This document shows positions 1-9,680 of a stretch of DNA of 64,000 nt, piece after piece. The notes below the pieces were generated by a model. The model did no database searches, was not told where the DNA came from, and saw only the letters and a program-made list of their open reading frames with translations. The stretch is from Alphaproteobacteria bacterium (lineage in GTDB: Bacteria; Pseudomonadota; Alphaproteobacteria; Kiloniellales; DSM-21159). How positions within the stretch are numbered: position 1 is the first letter of the stretch; every line of letters begins with the position of its first letter. Made by a program: the position numbers and the translations under genes. The stretch spans positions 17,106-81,105 of the forward strand of contig JAUILQ010000008.1 of the NCBI GenBank assembly GCA_030433005.1. The letters run 5' to 3'.

Positions 1-912
1 GGAATCGCGCTGCCCGACCTGGCGACGCTCGCGCGTCCGCTGGTCGGCCCCTCGGTGACCCTGCTGCTGCTGCTCGCGCTGCTGCGCGTCGAGTGGCAGG
101 CGATGGGCGCGGTGGTGCGTCGCCCGCTGCTCTGCGGCGGCCTGATCGCCTGGATGCTGCTGGCCTCGCCGCTGCTGATGTCGGCGGTGCTGGCGCTGCT
201 CGCGGAGGTCGGCCTGACCGTCCCCCAGCCGCTGACCATCGGGCTGGTGCTGATGAGCGCGGCGCCGCCGATCGTCGGCGGCGCCGCGGTCGCCATGCTG
301 ATCGGCCTGGAGGGCCCGCTGGCGATCGTCATCGCCCTGGTCTCGACGCTGATCTCGCCGCTGACCATCCCGCCGCTGGCGCTGCTGCTGCTCGGCCTCG
401 AGCTCGACATCGGCCTGCTCGAGCTGATGGCCCGCCTGTCCCTGGTCGTCGTGCCCGCGTTCCTGGGCGCCTGGCTGCTGCGCCGGCTGCTCGGCCTGGA
501 GCGGCTGCGCGGCCTGGCGAGCCAGATCGACGGCCTCGTCGTCGTCTTCATGCTGGTCTTCGCCGTCGCCATCATGGACGGCGTCACCGCGACGATCTTC
601 GCTCGCCCGGACGTCGTGGCGCTCTGGCTGTTCGCCGCCTTCCTGGCGAATCCGGGGCTGCAGCTGGTCACCGCACTGCTGTTCCGCCGACTCGGCCTGC
701 GCCGCGCCCTCACCGCCGGGCTGCTCGCCGGCAACTGCAACATGGGCATGATGCTGGCCGCTCTGCCCGAAGGCTCCGACTACGACATCCTGCTGTACTT
801 CGCGCTGGCCCAGCTCCCGATGTTCATGCTGCCGGCCCTGGTCCTGCCGCTCTACCGACGGCTGCTCGCGGGCCGCGACGGCGCCGCGGAAGGCGGCGGG
901 TCCGGGAGCTGA
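1..912 (+). CDS. BASS/SBF-like (bile acid:Na+ symporter family) polytopic membrane protein; 5' end probably outside the window
   Basis: Frame 1 is open from nt 1 with no upstream stop. The product is a Leu/Ala/Gly-rich multi-TM protein whose segments (SAAPPIVGGAAVAML, GNCNMGMMLA) resemble SBF-like transporters. Family call by eye only. Confidence 0.6.
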   Translation, partial: GIALPDLATLARPLVGPSVTLLLLLALLRVEWQAMGAVVRRPLLCGGLIAWMLLASPLLMSAVLALLAEVGLTVPQPLTIGLVLMSAAPPIVGGAAVAMLIGLEGPLAIVIALVSTLISPLTIPPLALLLLGLELDIGLLELMARLSLVVVPAFLGAWLLRRLLGLERLRGLASQIDGLVVVFMLVFAVAIMDGVTATIFARPDVVALWLFAAFLANPGLQLVTALLFRRLGLRRALTAGLLAGNCNMGMMLAALPEGSDYDILLYFALAQLPMFMLPALVLPLYRRLLAGRDGAAEGGGSGS

Positions 913-1213
913 GGTCACGGATCTGTGATCGACGGGCAACTGCGGCATTTGTGCCACAGGCCTGTGGCGCTGCGGCGTCGCCGGTCCCGGCCGTCTGGCG
1001 TCGCAGCCGGTCCTATGATATCCGCAATCCCGCTAAGGTCGGGACAGGGGCGTGCGGGCGGGACCCCGACGCCCCGGGGGCTCCGGTATCCCCTGAGACT
1101 AAGGGGCCTTTAAGACTTTTGGCGGAGAGTCCCCCGGCAGCGCGGCATTGGCAGGGTGCCGGCAGCGCTGCGATACTCGGGAGATCGAGCAAGAGGGCGG
1201 ATCGGGACGTAGC

Positions 1214-2134
1214 ATGCTCTGGCAAGTCGAACACGGCCTCGCGCCGAAGGGAATCCGTGCCCCGCGGTGGGCGCTGGCGGCTGCGGCCGCCCTGTCGCTC
1301 GCGGCGCTCGGCGGCTGCGCGCAGCCCGGCGCCCACGACACCTACCGCGGCGCCACCGGCGGGCTGATCGAGGCGGCGTCGCCGGGCGACCAGCCGCAGC
1401 TGGCGCAGAGCGCGCTGTCGGACATCTATGCCGACGACGGCGGCAGCTACGGCGCGATCTGGGACCCGCTCGAGCCGGTCAACCGCTTCGTCTTCGCGAT
1501 CAACGACGCGCTCGACACCTTCATCATCAAGCCGATCGCCGTGACCTACAGCTTCTGGACGCCCGACGGCGTCAAGAAGAGCGTCACCAACTTCGTGCGC
1601 AACCTCGACGCGCCGGTGGTCCTGGCGAACGACCTGATGCAGGGCGAGTGGGAGCGCGCCGAGACCACGGCCAGCCGCTTCTTCATCAACTCGATCGCCG
1701 GCTTCGGCGGGCTGTTCGACGTGGCGTCGGCCTCGGGATACCCCTACCACGAGGAGGATTTCGGCCAGACGCTCGGCAGCTATGGCGTCGGCCCGGGCCT
1801 CTACATCGTGCTGCCGCTGTTCGGTCCCTCGAACGCCCGCGATGCCGTCGGCCTGATGGTCGACTCCTACCTCGACCCCTGGAACAACTACGCCCGGATC
1901 GAGGATACCGAGGAGTTCATCTACGCTCGCGGTGCGCTCAAGGGCCTGGACCTGCGCGCCCGCAACATCGAGACTCTGGACGAGATCAAGCGCGACGCGA
2001 TCGACTACTACGCGCGCCTGCGCTCGCTCTACACCCAGCGCCGGGAGGAGCAGATCCGCAACGCCTCGGACGACGAGGACGCGGGGACCGGCACGGTGAT
2101 CTCCGAGGTCGAAGAACAGCGCACGTCGCTCTGA
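1214..2134 (+). CDS. mlaA: MlaA/VacJ family outer-membrane lipoprotein
   Basis: Signal peptide ends in the lipobox LAALGGC. Conserved VacJ core is present (DPLEPVNRFVFAINDALD, INSIAGFGGLFDVA, EDFGQTLG, LPLFGPSNARD). Start chosen at ATG 1214; the track ORF begins at 1148. Confidence 0.85.
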   Translation: MLWQVEHGLAPKGIRAPRWALAAAAALSLAALGGCAQPGAHDTYRGATGGLIEAASPGDQPQLAQSALSDIYADDGGSYGAIWDPLEPVNRFVFAINDALDTFIIKPIAVTYSFWTPDGVKKSVTNFVRNLDAPVVLANDLMQGEWERAETTASRFFINSIAGFGGLFDVASASGYPYHEEDFGQTLGSYGVGPGLYIVLPLFGPSNARDAVGLMVDSYLDPWNNYARIEDTEEFIYARGALKGLDLRARNIETLDEIKRDAIDYYARLRSLYTQRREEQIRNASDDEDAGTGTVISEVEEQRTSL

Positions 2135-2186
2135 TCCGCCACTGCGCTCTGATCCATAGCTGTCGCCACTTCCAAGGGGAGCTTTG

Positions 2187-2855
2187 ATGCGAAGCCTGCT
2201 CGCTCGACTCCGGTTTCCGTTCGCGGCGACGACCCGGCGGTCGCTGCCCACCCTCGCCCTGCTGGTCGCCGCCGTGCTGGCGCTGTCGCCGGCCGCCTCG
2301 GCCGCTCAGTCGGCCGACCAGTTCCTGCAGCAGTTCGGCAAGGAGGCCCTCGGCCAGCTGACCGAATCGGATCTGACCGAGGAGCAGCGCCGCGATCGCT
2401 TCGAGACGCTGCTCAGCCAGGGCTTCGACGTGCCGGCCATCGGCCAGTTCGTCGTCGCGCGCTACTGGCGTACGGCCAGCGAGGCTGAGCGCGCCGAGTT
2501 CATCGAGGTCTTCCGCGACTATCTCACCCAGCGTTTCCTGCCGCTGTTCAGCGCCTACAAGGGCGAGGCCTTCGATACCCAGCCGGCGCGCCCGACCGAC
2601 CGCGAGGATCTGGTCTGGGTACCGCTCACCCTGGATCAGGCGAGCGGCGAGGCGGTCAAGACCGAGTGGCTGCTCAAGGCGGCCGACGGCGGCGCTTACA
2701 AGATCCTGGACATCAAGGCCGAGGGCACCTCGATGGCGATCACGCTGCGCGACGAGTACGCCAGCGTGATCCGGCGCGAGGGCAGCCTCGACGGCCTGAC
2801 CAAGGAGATCAAGCGGCTGCTGGCCCAGGGCGCCTTCACGCCGAAGAAGAGCTGA
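2187..2855 (+). CDS. mlaC: MlaC/Ttg2D-type periplasmic phospholipid-binding protein
   Basis: Signal peptide (LALLVAAVLALSPAASAAQ). Toluene-tolerance Ttg2D-like segments (FVVARYWRTASEAERAEFIEVFRDYLTQRF, YKILDIKAEGTSM). Lies immediately downstream of mlaA. GGGGA Shine-Dalgarno 6 nt before ATG 2187. Confidence 0.75.
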   Translation: MRSLLARLRFPFAATTRRSLPTLALLVAAVLALSPAASAAQSADQFLQQFGKEALGQLTESDLTEEQRRDRFETLLSQGFDVPAIGQFVVARYWRTASEAERAEFIEVFRDYLTQRFLPLFSAYKGEAFDTQPARPTDREDLVWVPLTLDQASGEAVKTEWLLKAADGGAYKILDIKAEGTSMAITLRDEYASVIRREGSLDGLTKEIKRLLAQGAFTPKKS

Positions 2856-2883
2856 CCGCGCCCGTCCCGGCGGCGACGCGACG

Positions 2884-2917
2884 AGCCCCGGCCGGCGACG
2901 GCCGGGGCTTCTTCGTT
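2884..2917. terminator. GC-rich hairpin plus T-rich tail between convergent mlaC and the DAO-family gene
   Basis: agccccggccg / GCGA loop / cggccggggct, followed by tcttcgtt. Sits in the 76 nt convergent gap. Confidence 0.6.
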
Positions 2918-2931
2918 GCGCGGCCCGGCGC

Positions 2932-4179
2932 TCAGCGGGCGCTCCGGCCGAAGCGGGCGATCGAGAAGGGCGCCGGATCGAAGGGCGGCGGCGCGCCGGT
3001 GACCAGGTCGGCGATCAGCCGCCCCGTCGGGGCGGCCTGGGTCAGGCCGAGGTGGCCGTGGCCGAAGGCGTGGAACAGGCCGGGGGTCGAGGGGCTGCTG
3101 CCGATCACCGGGAGGCTGTCGGGCGTCGCGGGGCGATGGCCCATCCAGGCCCGGCCGCCGTCGGTGCGCAGGCCGGGCAGGGCGCGTGTCGCCAGGGTCA
3201 GCAAGGCCTCCGCGCGCCGCAGGTTGGCCGGCGCCTCGAGGCCGGCGAACTCGGCCCCGCCGCCGATGCGCAGGCCGAGGGCGAGCGGCGTCGCCACGAA
3301 CTTCTCGGCACCGAAGATCAGCTCGCGGCCGACCTCGACACCCGGGTCGGGCAGGGTCGTGTTGTAGCCGCGCTCGCTCTCCAGGCGCACCGGGTCGCCG
3401 GCGAGCCGCGCCGACCAGGCGCCGGCCGCGATCACCACCGCCTCGCCCTGGAGCCGGCGGCCGCCGGCCAGCTCGACGCCGGTCGCCCGCCCCTCCGCGC
3501 GGGTCACCGCGCTGGCCTCGCCGGTCTCGAAGGCGACGCCGCGCTCGGCCAGACGGGCGCGCAGGGCGCGGACGATCGCTCCCGGTTCGTCGACGTGGGC
3601 CCAGTCGGGCTGGAAGACGCCGCAGGTCATCGCCGGGCCGACCGCCGGCTCGAGCTCGGCGATCTCGGCGCGTCCGACCGGCTCGGCCCGGACGCCCCGC
3701 GCGCGCTTCATCTCCCATTCCAGGGCGTCGGCAGCGCGCGCCGCCTCGTCGCGATAGAGCACCAGGGCGCCGACGCGGTGCAGCTGCCCGGCGAGACCGA
3801 GTTCGACGAGCAGCGGCTCGAGCTCGGCGAAGACCTGGCTGTTGAGCGCCGACAGCGCGTCGGCGATGGCGCGCACGCGCTCCGGCCGCCCGGCGCGCAG
3901 GAAGGCGGCCAGCCAGGGCGCGAGGCGCGGCAGCTGGGCGGGCCGCAGGTGCAGCGGTCCGAGCGGATCGAGCAGCCAGCCCGGCACCCGGCGCCACAGG
4001 CCGGGCACCGAGGCCGGCACGCATTCGGTGACGGCGATGCCGCCGGCGTTGCCGAACGAGGCGCCGGGCGGCGCCTCGGCGCCGCCGCGGTCGACGACCA
4101 CGACCTTCCGTCCGCGCTGCGCCAGGTGATGGGCGCAGCACAGACCGACGATGCCGCCGCCGACGACGATCACCGCCAC
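2932..4179 (-). CDS. FAD-dependent oxidoreductase, DAO family (D-amino-acid / D-hydroxyproline dehydrogenase-like)
   Basis: N-terminal Rossmann motif MAVIVVGGGIVGLCCAHHLAQRG. 415 aa, typical for DadA/DAO-like enzymes. Lies 16 nt downstream of the DHDPS-family gene. Confidence 0.85.
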   Translation of the reverse strand: MAVIVVGGGIVGLCCAHHLAQRGRKVVVVDRGGAEAPPGASFGNAGGIAVTECVPASVPGLWRRVPGWLLDPLGPLHLRPAQLPRLAPWLAAFLRAGRPERVRAIADALSALNSQVFAELEPLLVELGLAGQLHRVGALVLYRDEAARAADALEWEMKRARGVRAEPVGRAEIAELEPAVGPAMTCGVFQPDWAHVDEPGAIVRALRARLAERGVAFETGEASAVTRAEGRATGVELAGGRRLQGEAVVIAAGAWSARLAGDPVRLESERGYNTTLPDPGVEVGRELIFGAEKFVATPLALGLRIGGGAEFAGLEAPANLRRAEALLTLATRALPGLRTDGGRAWMGHRPATPDSLPVIGSSPSTPGLFHAFGHGHLGLTQAAPTGRLIADLVTGAPPPFDPAPFSIARFGRSAR

Positions 4180-4195
4180 GGCGGACGCCGCCCGG

Positions 4196-5092
4196 TCAGA
4201 CCGACGGGCGCTCGTCGATGCCGGCCTGGATGATCGCGGCGATCCGCTCGCGCTCCTCGCCGGCCAGCGGCAGGCGCGGCGCCCGCACCCACTCGGCGCC
4301 CTCGCCGGTCATCTGGTTGGCCAGCTTGATGTACTGGACCAGCTTGACCGCGACGTCGAGGTGCAGCAGCGGCATGAACCAGCGGTAGAGCGCCAGCGCC
4401 TCCTCGGTCTTGCCCGCGCGGGCCAGGCGATAGAGCTGCACCGACTCCCTGGGGAAGCAGTTGGCCATGCCGGAGACCCAGCCGACGGCGCCGAACAGCA
4501 GGTTCTCCAGCACCAGGTCGTCGACTCCGCAGAACAGCGTGAAGCGGTCGCCCAGGCGGTTGATCATGTCGGTGATGCGCCGGCTGTCGTGGCTCGACTC
4601 CTTGACCGCGACGATGTTGGCCTCCTCGGCCAGGGCGGCGAAGCCCTCGGGGCTGAGGTCGACCTTGTAGGCCACCGGGTTGTTGTAGATCATGATCGGC
4701 AGGTCGACGGCGCGCGCCAGCGTGCGGAAATGGGTGACCGCCTCGCGCTCGTCCTGCTGGTAGACCATGCAGGGCAGCGCCATCAGCCCGTCGGCGCCGG
4801 CCTGCTTCGCGCGCTGGGCCGCCTCGATCGCGAAGGGCGTGGTGTATTCGGCGATGCCGGCCAGCACCGGGACGCGGCCCTTCGCCGCCTCGACAGCGCA
4901 GCGCACGACCTCGACCTTCTCGTCGGCCGTGAGCGAGGCATTCTCGCCGAGCGTGCCGAGCACGATCACGCCCTCGCAGCCGGCGTCCAGACAGGACTCG
5001 ATGTGACGCGCCGTCGCCGGCAGGTCGAGGCTGCCGTCCTGCTTCATCTCCGTCATCAGCGCCGGCATGACGCCCTTCCAGTCAACCTTCAT
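4196..5092 (-). CDS. DapA/DHDPS-family lyase (pyrroline-4-hydroxy-2-carboxylate deaminase-like or keto-deoxy-acid aldolase-like)
   Basis: 298 aa. DHDPS-like segments (GVIVLGTLGENASLTADEK, IMIYNNP, active-site-type Lys in VAVKESS). GGAGA Shine-Dalgarno 7 nt upstream of ATG 5092. The longer track ORF (to 5344) has an Arg/Pro-rich, non-protein-like N-terminus. Confidence 0.85.
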   Translation of the reverse strand: MKVDWKGVMPALMTEMKQDGSLDLPATARHIESCLDAGCEGVIVLGTLGENASLTADEKVEVVRCAVEAAKGRVPVLAGIAEYTTPFAIEAAQRAKQAGADGLMALPCMVYQQDEREAVTHFRTLARAVDLPIMIYNNPVAYKVDLSPEGFAALAEEANIVAVKESSHDSRRITDMINRLGDRFTLFCGVDDLVLENLLFGAVGWVSGMANCFPRESVQLYRLARAGKTEEALALYRWFMPLLHLDVAVKLVQYIKLANQMTGEGAEWVRAPRLPLAGEERERIAAIIQAGIDERPSV

Positions 5093-5140
5093 CCGTTTTT
5101 CTCCCGATGGCCGGCGCGCCCGGCGCCAGAGCGCGCAAGA

Positions 5141-5150
5141 TCGTATAAAG
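5141..5150. promoter_or_regulatory. Candidate GntR half/operator site (TCGTATAaag) in the divergent DHDPS/GntR intergenic region
   Basis: Shares the CGTATA core with sites at 5387-5397 and 7360-7369. These are AT-rich islands in otherwise very GC-rich spacers. Confidence 0.35.
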
Positions 5151-5386
5151 TAGCGGCGCCCGTCAATGCGCCGCCGCGGTCCGCCGCCGCCGGGCCGGGA
5201 CCGGGCCGGGAAGGGGCGGCGGCCGGGCCGCGACCCCGCCGGGGGTCGCCCGCTTCCCGTGGGGGGGCTTGCGCAGGCAGGTCCGAGCCGGGCTCGGCGC
5301 GGCGCGGTCCCGACGCCGCCCCGAGGCTGGCAGCTGACCCGCACCGGCCTCGGCCGGGCCGGGGAGGGCTGGAACGACGCCGGTAT

Positions 5387-5397
5387 ATTGTATACGC
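5387..5397. promoter_or_regulatory. Candidate GntR operator (aTTGTATACGc, GTATAC palindromic core) about 60 nt upstream of the GntR gene
   Basis: GT-N2-AC palindrome of the kind bound by GntR/FadR-type regulators. Preceded by a second GTATA copy (ggtatattgtatac). Confidence 0.45.
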
Positions 5398-5457
5398 TTT
5401 GTGCCGGCGGCGCCGCGGCGCGGCCTTTCGCAACCGACCCCGAGGCCGGCCCGACCG

Positions 5458-6150
5458 ATGAGCCTGCAACTGGAGAAGGACATCGTCCTGTCGCGCCGGA
5501 CCGTGGCGGCCGAGCTGGTCGACAAGCTGCGCCAGCGCATTCTCAGCCTGGAGATCCCGGAGGGCGCGCCGCTGCGCCAGGACTGGCTGGCCGCCGAGTT
5601 CGGGGTCAGCCGGATCCCGGTGCGCGAGGCGCTGCTGCAGCTCGAGGGCGAGGGCCTGGTCACCCAGACCGCGCACAAGGGCTACGCCGTCAGCGTGCTG
5701 TCGCCCGGCGAGGTCGCCGAGGCCTTCGACCTGCGCGCCCTGCTGGAGGTCGACCTGCTGCGCCGCGCGCTACCCTTGATGACCGAGCGCGACCTGGAGG
5801 CGGCGCGCGGCGTCGTCGACACCTTCGACGCCGTGCTCGCGCGCGGCGAGGAGGAGCAGAACTGGGGCCAGCTGAACTGGCGCCTGCACGCCGCGCTCTA
5901 TGCGCCGGCCCAGCGCCCGCGCAGCATGCGGATCCTGCAGAACCTGCACCGCAACGGCGACCGCTACCTGCGCCTGCAGCTGACCCTGACCCGGCGCAGC
6001 AACGAGCGCGCCCGCGAGGAGCACCGGCGCCTCGTCGAGCTCTGCGCCGAGCGCGACCTCGCCGAGGCGACGCGCCTGCTCAACGAGCACATCCTCCACG
6101 CCCGCGACGAGCTCGTCGCCTTCCTGGCCGAGCGCCGGGCAGGAGCCTGA
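5458..6150 (+). CDS. GntR-family transcriptional regulator with FCD-type C-terminal domain
   Basis: Winged-helix N-terminus (LRQRILSLEIPEGAPLRQDWLAAEFGVSRIPVREALLQLEGEGLV) and a helical FCD-like C-terminus. Start at ATG 5458. Confidence 0.9.
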   Translation: MSLQLEKDIVLSRRTVAAELVDKLRQRILSLEIPEGAPLRQDWLAAEFGVSRIPVREALLQLEGEGLVTQTAHKGYAVSVLSPGEVAEAFDLRALLEVDLLRRALPLMTERDLEAARGVVDTFDAVLARGEEEQNWGQLNWRLHAALYAPAQRPRSMRILQNLHRNGDRYLRLQLTLTRRSNERAREEHRRLVELCAERDLAEATRLLNEHILHARDELVAFLAERRAGA

Positions 6151-6210
6151 CGCCCTTTCGCGACACCGTACCTGCCCGGCCCCGCCGGGTGCCTGCCACC
6201 GGGAGCCGCC

Positions 6211-7317
6211 ATGCGCATCACCGCCATCTCCGTCTACCAGGTCGACCTGCCGCTCCACGAGGGCAGCTACAAGTGGTCGGGCGGCAACCGGGTCGACGTC
6301 TTCGACTCGACGCTGGTCGAGATCGAGACCGACGAGGGCCTGACCGGCGTCGGCGAGGTCTGCCCGCTCGGCCCGGCCTACCTGCCGGCCTTCGCCGCCG
6401 GCGCGCGCACGGCGATCGCCGAGCTGGCGCCGCGCCTGATCGGCCTCGACCCGACGCGGCCGGGCGAGATCAGCCACGCCATGGACCGCCTGCTGCGCGG
6501 CCACAACTACGCCAAGTCGCCGATCGACGTCGCCTGCTGGGACCTGCTCGGCAAGGCGACCGGCCAGCCGGTCTGCGTGCTGCTGGGCGGGCGCTACGGC
6601 GAGGAGGTGGCCCTCTACCGCGCGATCTCGCAGGAGCCGGCCGAGGCGATGCGCGACAGCTGCCGGCGCTATCGCAGCGAGGGCTACACCAAGTTCCAGC
6701 TCAAGGTCGGCGGCGACCCGGACGAGGACATCGCGCGCATCGAGGCCTGCGCCGCCGAACTCGAGCGCGGCGAGGTGCTGGTCGCCGACGCCAACACCGG
6801 CTGGTCGCAGCACCAGGCGCTGCGGGTCGCGGCGGCGGTGCGCGACCTCGACGTCTACATCGAGCAGCCCTGCATGAGCTACGAGGAGAGCCTGGTCGTG
6901 CGCCGCCACACCGACCGGCCCTTCGTGCTCGACGAGGTGATCGACGGCTTCGCGCCGCTGGTCCGCGCCCACGCCGACCGGGCCATGGACGTCGTCAACC
7001 TCAAGATCTCCAAGGTCGGCGGGCTGACCCGGGCCGGGCGCCTGCGCGACTTCTGCGTCGAGGCCGGGATCGCGATGACCCTGGAGGACAGCTGGGGCGG
7101 CGACGTCGCGACCGCGGCGATCGCCCACCTGGCGCACTCGACGCCGGCCGAGGCGCGCTTCTCGGTCACCGACTTCAACAGCTACGTCACGATCTCGACC
7201 GCCGAGGGCGCGCCGCAGCGCAAGGAGGGCCGGATGGCCGCACCGCTGACGCCGGGCCTCGGCGTCGAGCTGCGGCGCGACGTGATCGGCGCCCCGGTGG
7301 CGCGCTACACGGCCTGA
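6211..7317 (+). CDS. Enolase-superfamily enzyme, mandelate racemase/muconate lactonizing (MR/MLE) subgroup; hydroxyproline(-betaine) epimerase or hydroxyproline dehydratase-like
   Basis: 368 aa. Typical MR/MLE capping and barrel segments ([52 protein letters not shown]). Confidence 0.85.
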   Translation: MRITAISVYQVDLPLHEGSYKWSGGNRVDVFDSTLVEIETDEGLTGVGEVCPLGPAYLPAFAAGARTAIAELAPRLIGLDPTRPGEISHAMDRLLRGHNYAKSPIDVACWDLLGKATGQPVCVLLGGRYGEEVALYRAISQEPAEAMRDSCRRYRSEGYTKFQLKVGGDPDEDIARIEACAAELERGEVLVADANTGWSQHQALRVAAAVRDLDVYIEQPCMSYEESLVVRRHTDRPFVLDEVIDGFAPLVRAHADRAMDVVNLKISKVGGLTRAGRLRDFCVEAGIAMTLEDSWGGDVATAAIAHLAHSTPAEARFSVTDFNSYVTISTAEGAPQRKEGRMAAPLTPGLGVELRRDVIGAPVARYTA

Positions 7318-7359
7318 GCAGGCAGGGCGAAGGTGGCGAGGGTGTCGCCGGTCTGTTTT

Positions 7360-7369
7360 TCGTATACGA
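7360..7369. promoter_or_regulatory. Perfect 10-bp palindrome TCGTATACGA upstream of the ABC-transporter genes; candidate GntR operator
   Basis: Self-complementary 10-mer in the 173 nt gap between the enolase-superfamily gene and the binding-protein gene. Same GTATAC core as 5387-5397. Confidence 0.5.
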
Positions 7370-7490
7370 TATCCAGGATCGGTCGCCGTCTCGCTCGGCA
7401 CCCGTCCAGGAAGCCTCCGCGGCCCTCCGGCCGCGGAGCGATCCGCAAGCCGCGCCAAGCGGCAGCAACGGCACAGAGGAGGTAGCAACG

Positions 7491-8621
7491 ATGCGCATCA
7501 CCCGCAGAACCCTGGCCCTGACGGCCTTCGCCGGCGCGGCCCTGGGCGGCCTGTCGCTGGCGAGCCTGCCGGCGGCGGCCCAGGACAGCATCACGATCGG
7601 CGTCCAGGTGCCGACCACCGGGCCCGAGGCGACCTACGGCAACGACATGTTCAACGCCGTCAAGATCGCCGCCCAGGAGATCAACGAGAAGGGCGGCCTG
7701 CTCGGCCGCCAGATCGAGCTGACCGCCGGCGATTCGGCCTGCGACCCGCAGCAGGCGGTCAACGCGGCCAGCAAGCTGGCCTCGCAGGACGTCGTCGGCG
7801 TCGTCGGCGGCTACTGCTCGGGCGCCACCCTGCCGACCCTGAAGATCTACGGCGACGCCAACATCCCCTTCGTGATCACGGCGTCGAACTCGACCAAGCT
7901 GATCCCGGCCAACCCGGGCAACGCCTTCATGATCAACTCGACCGGCGCCGACCAGACGACGAAGGCCGTCGAGTTCATGGAGTCGAAGGGCATCGAGAGC
8001 GTGGCCATCGTCAACCAGGGCGACGCCTATTCGCAGGACCTCGCGAACCTGACCCGCGACGCCTGGGAGCAGGCCGGCAAGAAGGTCGCCGCCTTCGAGA
8101 CGGTCAACAAGGGCGAGCAGGACTATTCGGCCCTGGTCACCAAGATCAAGGCGGCCGATCCCGACGCCGTCTTCTGGACCGCCTACTACGCCGACGGCGG
8201 CCTCTTGATCCGCCAGCTGCGCCAGGGCGGCTACCGCGGCACCATCGCGGTCGGCGACGGCTCGAACTCGCCCAAGCTGTTCGAGATCGCGGGGCGCGCC
8301 GCCGAGGGCGTCTACGCCTTCTCCAACCCGACGGCCGAGTTCCTGCCGAAGGCGAAGTCGTTCAGCGAGACCTACAAGAAGCAGTTCGGCAACGCCCCCG
8401 GCCCCTACGCGCCGCTGACCTACGACGGCATGATGCTGCTGGCCTGGGCGATCGAGAAGGCCGGCACCACCGACCACGGCCCGATCATCGAGGCGCTGGC
8501 CTCGGCGGATGGCCAGGAGTGGTTGAGCGGCCCGATCTCCTTCACCGACGAGAACACCCTGGCCCGCTCGAACTTCATCGTGCTCGAGGGCAAGGGCGGA
8601 GAATGGGCCCTGGCCGAGTAG
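7491..8621 (+). CDS. Periplasmic substrate-binding protein, LivJ/LivK (branched-chain amino acid type) ABC family
   Basis: Real start is ATG 7491, preceded by AGAGGAGG. Signal peptide ends in AAAQD. Type I PBP segments (ITIGVQVPTTGPEATYG, VVGVVGGYCSGAT). The first ~770 codons of track ORF 5166..8621 are artefact. Confidence 0.9.
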   Translation: MRITRRTLALTAFAGAALGGLSLASLPAAAQDSITIGVQVPTTGPEATYGNDMFNAVKIAAQEINEKGGLLGRQIELTAGDSACDPQQAVNAASKLASQDVVGVVGGYCSGATLPTLKIYGDANIPFVITASNSTKLIPANPGNAFMINSTGADQTTKAVEFMESKGIESVAIVNQGDAYSQDLANLTRDAWEQAGKKVAAFETVNKGEQDYSALVTKIKAADPDAVFWTAYYADGGLLIRQLRQGGYRGTIAVGDGSNSPKLFEIAGRAAEGVYAFSNPTAEFLPKAKSFSETYKKQFGNAPGPYAPLTYDGMMLLAWAIEKAGTTDHGPIIEALASADGQEWLSGPISFTDENTLARSNFIVLEGKGGEWALAE

Positions 8622-8765
8622 GCCCGGCCCGGTCCCTGAGGCAGGCGGCGCCCCGGCGGCGCCGCCTGCCGCTCTCTTCCTTCCGATGAAAAACCTGTCG
8701 TCTGCCCGCCGTTGCGTCCCCGCGTCTTTCCATCCCCGGGGGCGCGCCCGAGCCGGAGGCCGCCG

Positions 8766-9680
8766 ATGTCCCTGACCGACATCCTGATGCAGCAGCTCGT
8801 CAACGGGCTGGTGCTGGGATCCTTCTACGCCCTGGTGGCGCTCGGCTACACGATGATCTTCGGGGTCATCAAGCTGCTGAACTTCGCCCACGGCGACGTC
8901 TACATGGTCGGCGGCTTCGTCGGCTTCGGCGTGCTCTCGGCGGTCGGCGGCACGCTCGGCGCCGACTGGGGCGGCATCGCCGTCGCGATGTTCCTCTCGA
9001 TGATCGCGATGGGCTGCCTGGGCGTCGTGATCGAGCGCGTCGCCTACCATCCGATGCTGGCGGCGCCGCGCCTGTCCATCCTGATCACGGCGCTCGCCGT
9101 CTCCCTGGTCCTTCAGAACTCCGTGCTGACCCTGACCGACGGCCAGATCACCGCCTTCCGCACCGACCTCGGCTTCGGCGGCCTGGAGATCGGCCACGTC
9201 TTCATCACCTACAACCAGATGGTGCTGGTCGGCACCGCGGCCCTGCTGATGATCGCGCTCGAGACCTTCGTCTCGCGCACCCAGTACGGCCGCGCCATGC
9301 GCGCCGTGTCGATCGACAAGGACATGTGCCGGCTGATGGGCATCGACGTCGCCAAGGTGATCGCCATCACCTTCTTCATCGGTTCGGCGCTGGCGGCCGC
9401 GGCCGGCACCATGGCCGGCGCCTACTACGGCTCGATCTGGTACTTCATGGGCTTCCTGATCGGCCTCAAGGCCTTCACCGCCGCGGTCATCGGCGGCATC
9501 GGCTCGATTCCCGGCGCCATGGCCGGCGGCCTGATTCTCGGACTGCTCGAGGCCTTCGGCACGCAGATCCCCGGCATCGGCAGCGAGTGGAAGGACGTCT
9601 TCTCCTTCTCGATCCTGATCCTGGTGCTGGTGTTCAAGCCGACCGGGCTGTTCGGCAAGTCGGAAACGGAGCGCATGTGA
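8766..9680 (+). CDS. livH: Branched-chain amino acid-type ABC transporter permease (LivH family)
   Basis: N-terminus LMQQLVNGLVLGSFYALVALGYTMIFGVIKLLNFAHGD is canonical LivH. Polytopic. Confidence 0.9.
   Translation: MSLTDILMQQLVNGLVLGSFYALVALGYTMIFGVIKLLNFAHGDVYMVGGFVGFGVLSAVGGTLGADWGGIAVAMFLSMIAMGCLGVVIERVAYHPMLAAPRLSILITALAVSLVLQNSVLTLTDGQITAFRTDLGFGGLEIGHVFITYNQMVLVGTAALLMIALETFVSRTQYGRAMRAVSIDKDMCRLMGIDVAKVIAITFFIGSALAAAAGTMAGAYYGSIWYFMGFLIGLKAFTAAVIGGIGSIPGAMAGGLILGLLEAFGTQIPGIGSEWKDVFSFSILILVLVFKPTGLFGKSETERM

Noticed and set aside
913-1213. Possible sRNA or riboswitch in the 300-nt gap upstream of mlaA (16-bp palindrome gccacaggcctgtggc at 953-968, hairpin ccccTGAGACTAAgggg, direct repeat ccggcagcgc x2)
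   Set aside because: I could not match it to any riboswitch or sRNA consensus I know (no B12 box, SAM, TPP, glycine, SRP or 6S features). GC-rich DNA forms such hairpins by chance. It is worth an Rfam/cmscan run but is not reportable.
5166-8621. 1151-codon ORF, the longest plus-strand ORF on the left side
   Set aside because: Its first ~770 codons are Arg/Pro/Ala/Gly-rich low-complexity sequence, read off-frame across the GntR and enolase-superfamily genes. Only the last 376 codons (from ATG 7491, with a good Shine-Dalgarno and signal peptide) form a recognisable binding protein.
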